From Candidatus Hydrogenedentota bacterium (GTDB lineage Bacteria; Hydrogenedentota; Hydrogenedentia; Hydrogenedentales; JAEUWI01): DNA of 64,000 nt. Numbering within the stretch: the stretch's first letter is position 1; the number at the start of each line of letters is the position of its first letter. Location of the stretch: contig JAHBVV010000001.1 in the NCBI GenBank assembly GCA_019637335.1, positions 377,440-441,439 on the forward strand, in the 5' to 3' direction. Below are positions 1 to 10,471 of this stretch, piece after piece. The translations under genes were made by a program, and so were the position numbers. Below the pieces are notes generated by a model. It saw nothing but the letters and a program-made list of their open reading frames with translations, was not told where the DNA came from and searched no databases.

Positions 1-123
1 GGCGCGGAGATGGTCGCGGCGCTGGACCGGCTTTATGCGCGCTTCCTGGACGGCGATCCAGACCGGCTTCCGCCCGATATGACAGGCCCGGAACAGATCG
101 CGAAGTTTGTCACCGGCGGCTGA
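1..123 (+). CDS. 3' end of an upstream gene, partial; the 40-aa tail reads GAEMVAALDRLYARFLDGDPDRLPPDMTGPEQIAKFVTGG
   Basis: Open frame from the window edge to TGA at 121-123. No family is recognisable from this short tail. Confidence 0.3.
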   Translation, partial: GAEMVAALDRLYARFLDGDPDRLPPDMTGPEQIAKFVTGG

Positions 124-338
124 TGGAAGCTATTGATAGTGGAGATTTCAGGACCCGAGCGAACTTCCATTATGGGTTACGCGCCGTCGGCGCGATGCAG
201 GCGGGCCGTCCGCCACGGCGTATCTTCGACCTGCGCTCCCATTGGTCCGCGCTTCCATGGCGGCGCCGGATTGTGTTGATAAGGAAGTAGCTGAACGTCA
301 AATGTCCGCATTTCACGTGTTTCGTTAGCGAGGCTCCG

Positions 339-3300
339 ATGGCATTGACCGAGTTCGTCCAGATGGCGGGAATCACGCACCGGCGCGGCGCGGCGGTGGG
401 CGCGGCGACCCTGGCCGCGGCGGGTCTCGCCGCCGTGCTGGCGATCGCCCTCGATCTGCCCTGGACACAGGCCGGCGGCCTTCCGCTGCTGGTGCTTGGC
501 CTGTATCTCGTGGCCTTCCACACCCACGCGGCGCTTTGCTTCATCGCGTTCGCCATCACCCCGTTCTGCGTCGTGCAGGCGGAGGTGCTGGGCGTCACGC
601 TGAACCTGCCGGAAGTGCTGATCCTCGCCCTGGCCGCAAAGGAGGGCGTCCGCCTGCTGCGCGACGGATTCACCCTGCCCGAGGCCCTGCCCCACCGCAC
701 GCTCGCGGCGTTCGTGGCCGCGTCGGTTATCGCAATCGCCACGGGGTTCCACCACCAGAACGGCGCGGTCCGCACCCTCCAGGATTTTCGCCAGTTCGTG
801 GAGTTTCTGCTGCTGTTCGGCCTGGTGTTGCGCTGTGTTTCCGGGCGGGACGAGGCCATCCGCATCGCGTTCTGCTTCGCACTCGGCGGATCGCTGATCG
901 CGCTGCACGGGATCATGCAGCAGGTAGCGCCGCTGGGGGTCTCCCCCACCCAAATGTCCAGCGATTTGCGGCTCTACGGCGCCGTGCGCAGCGCGTCCTT
1001 CTACGGGCCCACACCGCTCGGCGGGCTCATGGTGCTCGCCATCGGACCGGCGGCGGGGGTGCTGCTGGCCTCGAAGCGCCGCTCCATTCAATGGATCATG
1101 GCGGCCTGCATCCTCCTCTGCCTGGTCACCATTGTGCTGACCCGGACGCGCGGATCCTGGCTGGGGCTTGCGGTGGCCCTGGCGCTCATCGCGGTGTCCA
1201 TCCGCCCCTCGGGCAAAACCCTGTTCGCCGCGGCGGGCGCGGGTATAGTGCTGGCCTTTCTGCTCGGGCCGGTGGTGCTCCAGCGGCTGTACACGCTGGC
1301 GGATCCCGTGCAGGACGTCTCGCTCATGGCGCGCGCCCAATATTACGCGGCGGCGGCGCACATCGGGCGCGCGCACCCCGTGCTCGGGCTGGGTTGGGGC
1401 TGTTTCTACGATATCGACACCATCCTGAACGCCGAGCGGTATGTGCCGGTAACCATGGAGGAGGTGGCCGCCCGGGAAGCCGAGGAGGCCGCCGAACGGC
1501 GCGCGTTCAGCGATCCCGGCGAAGACGCCCCGCCCGAACCGGCAGAGGTGGAGGAGGCGACGGTCCACAGCGCCTACCTTCAGCTGTTCGTAAAGACCGG
1601 GCTGCTCGGCGTGCTGACCTTTCTCGCGATCATTGTCGTCTGGGTGGAACGCATCTGGCGCGGCCGGAACACGCGCTTCCAGAGCGATTCGGGCCACGCC
1701 CTGTTCATCGGGATCACGGCCAGCGTCGCGGGCTATCTCTTTCACAGCACTTTCGAGAACTTTTTCCAGTGGCCCGTGATGGCGCAATCCTTCTGGCTGC
1801 TTTTCGGGCTGTCGTTCATGCTGGCCCCACGCCCGGAAGGCGTGCGCCCGGGTTATGGCGTCCCCCTGGCCTTCGTGTGCAGCGCCTCCGCCGTCTTTCT
1901 CCTGTTCATGGCGGCCTGCCTGCGCATGGAGACCCTGCACCCCGGGCACTACGAGCGCAACGTGACCAATGCCCTCGATGAAGGCGACTTGGAGAAGGCG
2001 ATCCGCATTGCGCGCCGCGCGACGGAAGTGGGGCCCCGCGAGCCGATGCCCTACACGGTGCACGCGCGCCTGCTGTTCCTGCGCGGTGATGACGAGGCGG
2101 CGCTTGCGGAGCTGGACAAGGCCTTCGGCCCGAAGATCTACCCCAACAAGCCCCGCTTCGAGTACACCACGGCCCGATATTACTTCGCGCCGGCCCGGCT
2201 CCTCCTGGGGCGCCACCACGCCGAGCGGGACGATTGGGACGAGGCGAGGCAACAGTTTGAACTGGCCCGGGCCTATGCGGACCTGCGCGCGGACGAATTC
2301 GCCGAGTTTCACCCGCTTCTATACCAGGCCTATGCATCCGCCGGGAACTGGTTCCGCGCGCTCGACTTCGGCGCGCCGGACGCGGACGAACTTGCGGGCC
2401 TGGACGGGGCCAGTCTCGTGAACCTCGCGCGGGCCGCGGAAACGCGGGGCGCGTGGGCGCTTCTCGAGCGCGTGGCGTCCGCGATCCAGACGCGCGACGG
2501 GCTCGCCGAGCAGGCCGGGTACTTCCTCGGCCGCGCGCGCCTGGCCCAGGGCAAGCCGGCGGAGGCGGTCGAACCCCTGAAGGAAGCCGCAGACGCCGGT
2601 CTTCCGGACGCGCACTACCACCTGGGACGGGCGCTCGCCGAAACCGGCCAGACCGAAGCCGCCGTGGCCGCATTCCGCGCCACGCCGCCGCACGATATCC
2701 ACCACGCGGTGGCCCTGGCCGAAGCGTGGGGCCTGCTCCCGGAAAACGACGCGGCGGCGGCGGAACTGCGCGCCGGGCTGATGGAAGCCGTGCGGCGGAT
2801 GCGGCAACTCCCGCCTGCCCCCGGCGAGGATGCAGCCACCCCGGCCTTGCTCGCGTACGTGCTGCCCGGCGGCGGCATGCTGCCGGAGCGCTTCCCGATG
2901 TTGCTGCTCTGGGGCGATTCTTCCGGCGCGCTCGACCGCCTGACCGGTGTGTCCGTGGCGCGCGATGCGGACGGGTGTACCGTGCAACTCGAAGGGACCG
3001 GATTGCTGCTGGAAGTCCGGACGGTGGAGAACCTCGCCGTCTGGGCCGCCATCGAGCACGCCGGGGAAACGGACGAAATCCCCGCCGGCTGGATCGACAC
3101 CGCCCGGGAATGGTTCGCGCTCACCGACCGTCCCGCCGGAGCGGTCACACGCGAGCCCGATGGCAACCTGGCCATGGACGTGAACGGGACGGCGTGGATC
3201 TACAGCGCGCCCGCCCGGATTCCCGAAGGCGCGCTGTGCCTCGTGTCCGCGCGCCTCCGCGATCCCGCCGGCGCGGCCCGCTACGGTCTCCAGCAGATCG

Positions 3301-3506
3301 ACGCTGCCAGCCGGGTCATCGGCGGCGCGGCGCTTGCCGCGTGGGAGCCGATCCCGGCATGGTCTGAACGATCGGTCGCGGCCCCGGCCAGCCCCGCATG
3401 CGAGGCGGTCCGCTTCGCCATCGAGACCAATCATCCGGACGCGCGCGCCGCCCTGGACGATCCCGTGATCATCGCCATCCCTCCTCCGCCCGGCGGCGCG
3501 GATTAG
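339..3506 (+). CDS. Polytopic membrane protein with an O-antigen ligase/polymerase (Wzy_C-like) domain fused to a long C-terminal TPR/Sel1-like repeat domain
   Basis: About 12 predicted TM helices in the N-terminal 480 aa. The TRTRGSWLGLAVALALIAV motif is typical of the O-antigen ligase family. The C-terminal ~550 aa is rich in helical Ala/Leu/Arg repeats. The ORF track gives a 1055-aa frame. Confidence 0.6.
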   Translation: MALTEFVQMAGITHRRGAAVGAATLAAAGLAAVLAIALDLPWTQAGGLPLLVLGLYLVAFHTHAALCFIAFAITPFCVVQAEVLGVTLNLPEVLILALAAKEGVRLLRDGFTLPEALPHRTLAAFVAASVIAIATGFHHQNGAVRTLQDFRQFVEFLLLFGLVLRCVSGRDEAIRIAFCFALGGSLIALHGIMQQVAPLGVSPTQMSSDLRLYGAVRSASFYGPTPLGGLMVLAIGPAAGVLLASKRRSIQWIMAACILLCLVTIVLTRTRGSWLGLAVALALIAVSIRPSGKTLFAAAGAGIVLAFLLGPVVLQRLYTLADPVQDVSLMARAQYYAAAAHIGRAHPVLGLGWGCFYDIDTILNAERYVPVTMEEVAAREAEEAAERRAFSDPGEDAPPEPAEVEEATVHSAYLQLFVKTGLLGVLTFLAIIVVWVERIWRGRNTRFQSDSGHALFIGITASVAGYLFHSTFENFFQWPVMAQSFWLLFGLSFMLAPRPEGVRPGYGVPLAFVCSASAVFLLFMAACLRMETLHPGHYERNVTNALDEGDLEKAIRIARRATEVGPREPMPYTVHARLLFLRGDDEAALAELDKAFGPKIYPNKPRFEYTTARYYFAPARLLLGRHHAERDDWDEARQQFELARAYADLRADEFAEFHPLLYQAYASAGNWFRALDFGAPDADELAGLDGASLVNLARAAETRGAWALLERVASAIQTRDGLAEQAGYFLGRARLAQGKPAEAVEPLKEAADAGLPDAHYHLGRALAETGQTEAAVAAFRATPPHDIHHAVALAEAWGLLPENDAAAAELRAGLMEAVRRMRQLPPAPGEDAATPALLAYVLPGGGMLPERFPMLLLWGDSSGALDRLTGVSVARDADGCTVQLEGTGLLLEVRTVENLAVWAAIEHAGETDEIPAGWIDTAREWFALTDRPAGAVTREPDGNLAMDVNGTAWIYSAPARIPEGALCLVSARLRDPAGAARYGLQQIDAASRVIGGAALAAWEPIPAWSERSVAAPASPACEAVRFAIETNHPDARAALDDPVIIAIPPPPGGAD

Positions 3507-3574
3507 TTTTGGGGTAATTCTTTGGCCGTACGAAGTAGCGTCAAGTCTTAGAAGTAGCGCCAAGTCTTAATTGC

Positions 3575-3800
3575 CATCCCGCGATACTACGACGAGCGTT
3601 TACAAGGCTGGGAGCGCAAGCGCGTGCACCGGAGGTGCATGGAGCGTTCGTAATATCAGCACATTTGATCGGGAGGAAGACTGGACCCGGAGCACCGCCG
3701 TTGATCAGATTCGCGCCTCCGGCGCGATGCGGGCGGGCCGCCCGCGCTCCCATTCGTCCGCACTTCCGTTGCGGCGCGGGATTGTATCGTCGAGGAATCG
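3575..3800. repeat. Family-A ~230-bp dispersed element with conserved hairpins (copies also at 170-290 and 61030-61270)
   Basis: Shared core is gatactacgacgag...ggctgggagcgca.gcg...tgcaccggaggtgcatgg...gactggacccgga...attcgcgcc(tcc/ttc/gtc)ggcgcgatgcgggcgggccgcccgcgctcccatt.gtccgcacttccgttg. Hairpins tgcacc-gga-ggtgca and cgcgcc-NNN-ggcgcg are conserved, with loop-only variation. Confidence 0.7.
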
Positions 3801-3834
3801 AGCCAGCTTCATTCGGCTATAGAATTACCAAACT

Positions 3835-3965
3835 TCCAGCCCGAGCCGAGCGCCATCCGAGCCACAGGGAATATTGAAAAGGGCGCGTGTTGGATCGCTG
3901 GCGTTTCGCCCGCGGGCGAATCCCGGATCTTGGCGGCAGAGATGCCGGCGCTCCATCACGATCAC
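3835..3965. repeat. Family-B dispersed repeat (aaaagggcgcgtgttggatcgctgg..tttcgcccgcgggcgaatcccgga.cttg.cggcagagatgccggcgctcca), second copy at 25842-25965
   Basis: Direct comparison of the two loci shows about 85% identity over ~120 bp. Both copies lie upstream of + strand genes (acs and the ABC ATPase). Confidence 0.7.
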
Positions 3966-4225
3966 GCACATTGATTCAAGGCTCCAAATCAACTCAAGTT
4001 TACGCCCCAATGCCGGGATCGGGTTTAAATGCGAAGAGGCCCTGGTCCCCCGCGCTCCCGACATTGAATCCGCCCGCAAATTGTGTACAATAAACGGCTT
4101 AGTATCAGGCAAACACCCCGGCGCACCGTTTCCACATCATCCCGATTGATGCATCATGCGCCGGGCCGGAACGAGACCGCCCGCGCACCGCCCTTCCGGC
4201 GCCGCGCGGCGCACGGAGGAGAAGT

Positions 4226-6181
<1,956 letters not shown>

Positions 6182-6477
6182 TACCGTACGAAAACAAAAT
6201 CGGCGTGGCCGCCCCGATGTCCTCGGGGCGGCCACGCCGTCTTTTTATTGTCAGGATCCACTGGCCTTTCGCGGCCTGTGGGTTTCGGAATACCGCGACC
6301 CTGTTCCGTGAATTTCACGACCCGGTATTTCCAAATCTGCCTTATCCAAACCAAGTTGCCACCAGTCCAGGTAAGGAAGCGTCAAAGGCTGGGAGCGCAG
6401 GTCGAAGACGCGCCGTGGTGGGCGTCCCCGCCTGCCAGGCGGCGAAGCCGCCGTCCGTTATCATCCGTAATGGGTCG

Positions 6478-6900
6478 GGGGTACAGACGTCTGCGATTTT
6501 GGGGTGGTTGGTTGCCTGGCGCGCGACGGGACAGCCGCGCCGGTTGGCGGTGTTGTGGGTTGGTTGGGCTCGCTTTCGGTCGCGTGCGGGCTGTTGCTAC
6601 CTGAGGTGATGGGGCGCCGCAGTCCCTGGGGCGGGTGCGTGTTGCGCGGGGGGCGTTTTTCTGCGGGTACAGGCACCCGCGATTCTGGGGTGGTTTGGGG
6701 CGCTTTCGCGGCTGGGGTGGTTTTTGTCGCGGGCTCCAGTCCCCCTGGGGCACCCGCGATTCTGGGGTGGTTTGGGGCACTTTCGCGGCGTGGGTGGTTT
6801 TTGTCGCGGGCTCCAGTCCCCCTGGGGCACCCGCGATTTGGGGGGGGTGGGGCGCTTTCGCGGCTGGGGTGGTTGGCGTCGCGGGAGCCAGTCCCCATGG
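6478..6900. repeat. Tandem array of a ~77-bp unit (family C: cacccgcgattctggggtggtttggggcgctttcgcggctggggtggtttttgtcgcgggctccagtccccctgggg), 3 clean units plus 1-2 degenerate units
   Basis: Direct read. Related copies lie at 44262-44300, 45215-45400 (2 units), 45520-45590, 45738-45815 and 53111-53195. Confidence 0.85.
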
Positions 6901-7137
6901 TTGCAGTTGTGGTTTTAGAAAGTTGTCCGGCGCCGGACTTGTGCGGGTGATTGGCGGTTTTAACCTTGGGTCAGACAATCGACGCGCGGGGGTGTCTGGC
7001 AGTATCGTGGTGCGGAATAGCCGGCATACGCCCAGTGGTAATCCGCCAGTACAGAGCCCGCGTCTGAACGTTGAAAGGGGACGAGGTGGCAAACGCGATC
7101 GAAGTTTCCCCGTCAATCACCTACTTATAGGGATGGG

Positions 7138-7560
7138 GCGTTGCACTTTTTTAGGCTTTAGGCTTTAGGCTTTAGGCTGGAGGCTGGAGGCTTTAGGCTT
7201 TAGGCTGGAGGCTTTAGGCTTTAGGCTGGAGGCTTTAGGCTTTAGGCTGGAGGCTTTAGGGCACGGTCAAGCTACCGCGCGGCTGGGGCCGCGCCGCTTG
7301 GCCGTGGCACACCTGGAGGGGGCGGGGGCAGTTGACAGTTGACAGTTGACAGTTGACAGTTGACAGTTGACGGTTGACGGTTGACGAGTCACGGTTGACG
7401 GTTGACGGTTGACGGCTGGGACGGCTGGGACGGCTGGTAGGGCTGGGACGGCTGGTAGGGGAAGGACCTGTGGGACGGACCAAAAGGACGGCGGGGAGGG
7501 CGGGAGGGCGGGGAGGGCGGGAGGGCGGGGAGGGCGGGACGGCAGGGAGGTGGATGAGGA
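7138..7560. repeat. Cluster of four different microsatellites: the ggctttagg/ggctggagg 9-mer, the cagttga/cggttga 7-mer, the ggctgggac/ggctggtag 9-mer, and the ggcgggga/gggcggga array
   Basis: Direct read. 7141-7260 carries about 13 units, 7332-7418 about 12 units, 7418-7464 5 units, and 7490-7548 about 8 units. Confidence 0.9.
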
Positions 7561-8010
7561 GGCGATCGTGTTTCAGATCCGCTGGCAGCGGGAGCGCTGA
7601 TGTCTCCAGGAAGTGAATTGGCGGCGCCGGCGTTCATGACGCGTAGCGTCACCCGTTAGGGATGAAAAGCCGGCGGCTTCGCGACCGGTGCACAGCCGGG
7701 ACGGCTGTGCAACGTTCTTTGCACGCTTCACCTTGGTTTTTAAGAGTACCTTTAAAGGAATGTGGCGCAGGGGTCCCGCCTGTGTGTTTTCGGAGCAGCC
7801 ACCCCACATAACCCGCCTCCCTCTCTCCCACCACCGCCTCAGAAAAAATCCTTCAGATTCGTCGCATTCTCGATCGTCTCCCGTTTCGTGCGCAGAAACG
7901 CCAGAATAACCGCGCTCGCCGTCTGCGGCGTCTTGCTGACCGGGGAAATATGTTTCATGGATTGGCCTTTCCAGGGGCGCTGCCCCGCTGTCTCCTGTGG
8001 TTCCCGGGTA

Positions 8011-8388
8011 TTATGGGTCGTCACGCCGGACCGTTGCAATCGGCGCGCGCGCTTCGATCTCGTTCACCTTGGGCCTGCTGGCTTCCCGTATGGCGTCCAG
8101 CCGCGCCGACTTCCTTTCCCGGAGCTTGCGGCGGCGGCGGGGAAGCGCGAAAGCCGTAACCGCGCTCGCGGACAGTACAGTCAACCAGTAGGGCGATCCG
8201 GGAAAGGGGCTTAGAACAGTCACCAGGTAAGGGGGAGCAACCTGTTCCGCGGATGTCAACATTTGCGGCTCTCCCGTGAGGAACGCGATAGCCAGCAGCG
8301 TCAGCACGGGCAGCGTGACCGCCGCCGCCACGAAACAGATCAGGCGCACGGCCACCGCCGATACCACGGTCTCCCAGAATTTCGTCAT
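8011..8388 (-). CDS. Small hypothetical membrane protein, 125 aa with 2-3 TM helices
   Basis: ATG at 8386-8388 is preceded by GGAGG. The sequence MTKFWETVVSAVAVRLICFVAAAVTL is hydrophobic with a basic C-terminal tail. It is divergent from the NRAMP-like gene, with no family recognised. Confidence 0.3.
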   Translation of the reverse strand: MTKFWETVVSAVAVRLICFVAAAVTLPVLTLLAIAFLTGEPQMLTSAEQVAPPYLVTVLSPFPGSPYWLTVLSASAVTAFALPRRRRKLRERKSARLDAIREASRPKVNEIEARAPIATVRRDDP

Positions 8389-8503
8389 GTTGCCGCCTCC
8401 CGCCGGAATTTGGATACCTGCCAGAGCTTCCGATAAGCTTAGCACGTTTTTCGCGCGGCGCGCCCGCGCATGGGTCCAACCCGGGCAGGGAGAGAGCGCC
8501 AGT

Positions 8504-9916
8504 ATGGAAAACGAACAACACAAGACGCCCGCCGTCGCGGCGGCGCCGAAGGGGTGGATGCTCCTGCTGGCGCTGGGGCCGGGGCTGATGTGGTGTGGCG
8601 AGTATATCGGTTCGGGCGAGGTTATCCTCTCGACCCGCTCCGGGGCGATCTTTGGCGTGGCGGTGCTCTGGGTGCCGGTCATGGCCATCTTCGCGAAGTT
8701 TTGGATCGGCCTGGCGGGGGCGCACTACACCGTGACCACGGGCGAGGGCATGATCGACATGCTCGGGCGCATGCCCGGCCCGCGCAACTGGGTGCTCTGG
8801 CCGGTGTTCGCCGGGCAGGTCTGCGCCAGTATGATTTCCACCGCCGCGCTGGCCAGCGCATCGGGCGCCTTCGCGGCGTACTTCGTGCCCTGGGTCCGCC
8901 AGGAGATCTTCGCCTGGCTCTCGGTGCTTCTCGTTATCGCGGTGGTCTGGCGCGGGGGCTTCGAGCCGCTCAAACGCTTCATGTCGGTATTGGTGCTCAT
9001 GATTGTGGCTGGAACGGTTGCCGTGGCGCTGGCCACGTGGCCGGGCTTCAGCGCGATCGTCCACGGGCTCTTCGGTTTCGAGCTGCCCGAGACGCCGGCC
9101 TGGGCCAGCGGCGATGGCGGGTCCCCCTCGCCCTGGCTCGAAGTGCTCCCGCTGCTCGGCTGGGCGGCCGGTGGATTCGCCAGCCAGGTCTGGTACACCT
9201 ACTGGGTCCTCGGCGCGGGCTATGGCATGGCGCACGGGCGCGGCTACGGCAAGCCGCTGGACCCGGTACAGCTCCAGACCCTGGGCGCGGACGATGTGCG
9301 CCGAATCCGCGCCTGGCGCCGCGTGGTGACGCTCGATGCTTCCACGGCGCTGGTGGTGGGCACGTTGGTGACCATGGCCTTCATGATCGCGGGGGCGGGG
9401 GTACTCGGGCCGAAGCAACTCGCGCCCGATGGCGCCGAGGTCGCCCTCCAGCTCTCGCACCTCTTCAGCGAGCAGTGGGGGCGGGCCGGGGCGCATCTGT
9501 TTGTCCTGGCGGGCCTGGCGGGGATGCTGAGCACGATGATGGGCCAATTCGCCGGCTGGCCGCGGCTCCTGGCCGATTGCGCGCGGATCCTCTTCCCGGC
9601 GGTGAACCGTTGGGAGTGGAAGGTCCAGTTCCGATTCGCGCTTTTGTTCATCGCCGCATCCAACATGGTGATCGTCTACCAGTTGGGCCTCAAGCCGGTC
9701 TTCCTCGTAAAGATCGGCGCGGTTCTGGACGGCCTCCTGCTGACGCCGATCCAGGCCCTCGCCGTCGGCTGGGTGCTCTACAAGGTAATGCCGAAGTTCT
9801 TCGCGGAGGATCTCCGGCCGCTGGTCAAGCCCAGCCCCGTGCTGGCCGCAGGCCTTGCGCTGGCCTTCGTCTTGTTCAGTTTCGTGTGCGTATTTAAGTT
9901 GCGGGAATATTTTTAG
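8504..9916 (+). CDS. NRAMP/MntH-family-like divalent metal cation transporter, a distant member
   Basis: 470 aa and polytopic. The N-terminal LGPGLMWCGEYIGSGEVI resembles the NRAMP GPG...DPGN region, and the MLSTMMGQFAGW motif is present. An internal ATG at 8504 with a GGAGAG Shine-Dalgarno was chosen over the 8276 ORF start. Confidence 0.5.
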   Translation: MENEQHKTPAVAAAPKGWMLLLALGPGLMWCGEYIGSGEVILSTRSGAIFGVAVLWVPVMAIFAKFWIGLAGAHYTVTTGEGMIDMLGRMPGPRNWVLWPVFAGQVCASMISTAALASASGAFAAYFVPWVRQEIFAWLSVLLVIAVVWRGGFEPLKRFMSVLVLMIVAGTVAVALATWPGFSAIVHGLFGFELPETPAWASGDGGSPSPWLEVLPLLGWAAGGFASQVWYTYWVLGAGYGMAHGRGYGKPLDPVQLQTLGADDVRRIRAWRRVVTLDASTALVVGTLVTMAFMIAGAGVLGPKQLAPDGAEVALQLSHLFSEQWGRAGAHLFVLAGLAGMLSTMMGQFAGWPRLLADCARILFPAVNRWEWKVQFRFALLFIAASNMVIVYQLGLKPVFLVKIGAVLDGLLLTPIQALAVGWVLYKVMPKFFAEDLRPLVKPSPVLAAGLALAFVLFSFVCVFKLREYF

Positions 9917-10059
9917 GATCATCCGGTTTGAAGGTGCATCAGTAACGATGACCTCAAATTTGAGTTGATTGCTCGGTTCTCATTTCCGGGCGGCGACGCT
10001 ATGACCGGATACGTGATTCCCTGGACCTTGTCTGTAGTGCAGACGGTATATTCGGCGGC

Positions 10060-10315
10060 AGAACCGGGTGCCAATGCACTCTTTCGGCCCGAAGGGCCAA
10101 CGCAGTTTTCAGCCCTGGGCAACGCCCAGGGATTGAGCGGTGGGTTTCTTGTGCGCCCTGAAAGGGCAGCGCAGTTTAACTTCGGAAACGCTGGACTGGC
10201 ATAGCACTGCGCTGCCCTTTCAGGGCGGGGAAGGTGGCGTCCCCGTATTCCCCGGGCGTTGCCCGGGGCTGGGAGCTGCACTGGCCCTTCGGGCCGAAAG
10301 AGCAGTCGATACGAT
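10060..10315. repeat. Nested triple inverted-repeat (complex palindromic) element, possible structured RNA or MITE
   Basis: Three arm pairs are nested around a centre near 10190. Outer pair: ctctttcggcccgaagggcca (10080-10100) pairs with tggcccttcgggccgaaagag (10283-10303). Middle pair: gccctgggcaacgcccaggg pairs with ccccgggcgttgcccgggg. Inner pair: cgccctgaaagggcagcgcag pairs with ctgcgctgccctttcagggcg. Each arm is itself a local hairpin. Confidence 0.7.
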
Positions 10316-10471
10316 TTCACCAACAGAGGCCTAAACCGGCATACATTGGCGGTTCCGGATAATTGGGACACGGAGAAACGGCTATGAAAAATCCCGTACG
10401 CTCCAACCGGATGAGCCTATTTTTAGGCTGGTGGCTTGAGGCAGGTGGCTGCCGTCCCTGAGAGAAAAACC

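Noticed and set aside
177-2312. Long antisense ORFs opposite essentially every real gene (for example 177-2312, 4289-6235, 8021-9922, 10382-11605, 20843-22519, 27185-28696, 29719-31539, 46003-48657 and 62254-63840, all on the minus strand)
   Set aside because: Their composition is Arg/Ala/Pro/Gly-dominated with no motifs, and each overlaps a strongly supported gene on the other strand. This is the usual artefact of a ~67% GC genome, where stop codons are rare in all frames.
3571-3822. Conserved small protein MRAGRPRSH.SALPL, suggested by similar ORFs at 3571-3822 and 61034-61435
   Set aside because: The amino-acid similarity merely mirrors ~75% nucleotide identity of the family-A repeat. Substitutions are not biased to synonymous positions, and conserved hairpins explain the conservation better.
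6478-6900. Possible CRISPR array, considered because of regularly spaced direct repeats
   Set aside because: The units are contiguous, with no unique spacers between them. They are 77 bp and degenerate, and no cas genes are present. I read them as a satellite or REP-like tandem array.
6382-7652. ORFs called inside the tandem-repeat and microsatellite region (6382-7116, 6461-6898, 6635-7168, 7256-7483 and 7389-7652)
   Set aside because: They are translations of 77-bp and 7-9-nt repeats in frame, giving periodic peptides such as PSRPS and STVN, with no start context. They are not protein-coding.
9965-10334. Small ORFs 9965-10204 and 10140-10334 in the nested-palindrome region
   Set aside because: The frames are open only because the palindromic arms mirror each other. 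There is no ribosome-binding site or protein-like composition. The region is better explained as structured DNA or RNA.
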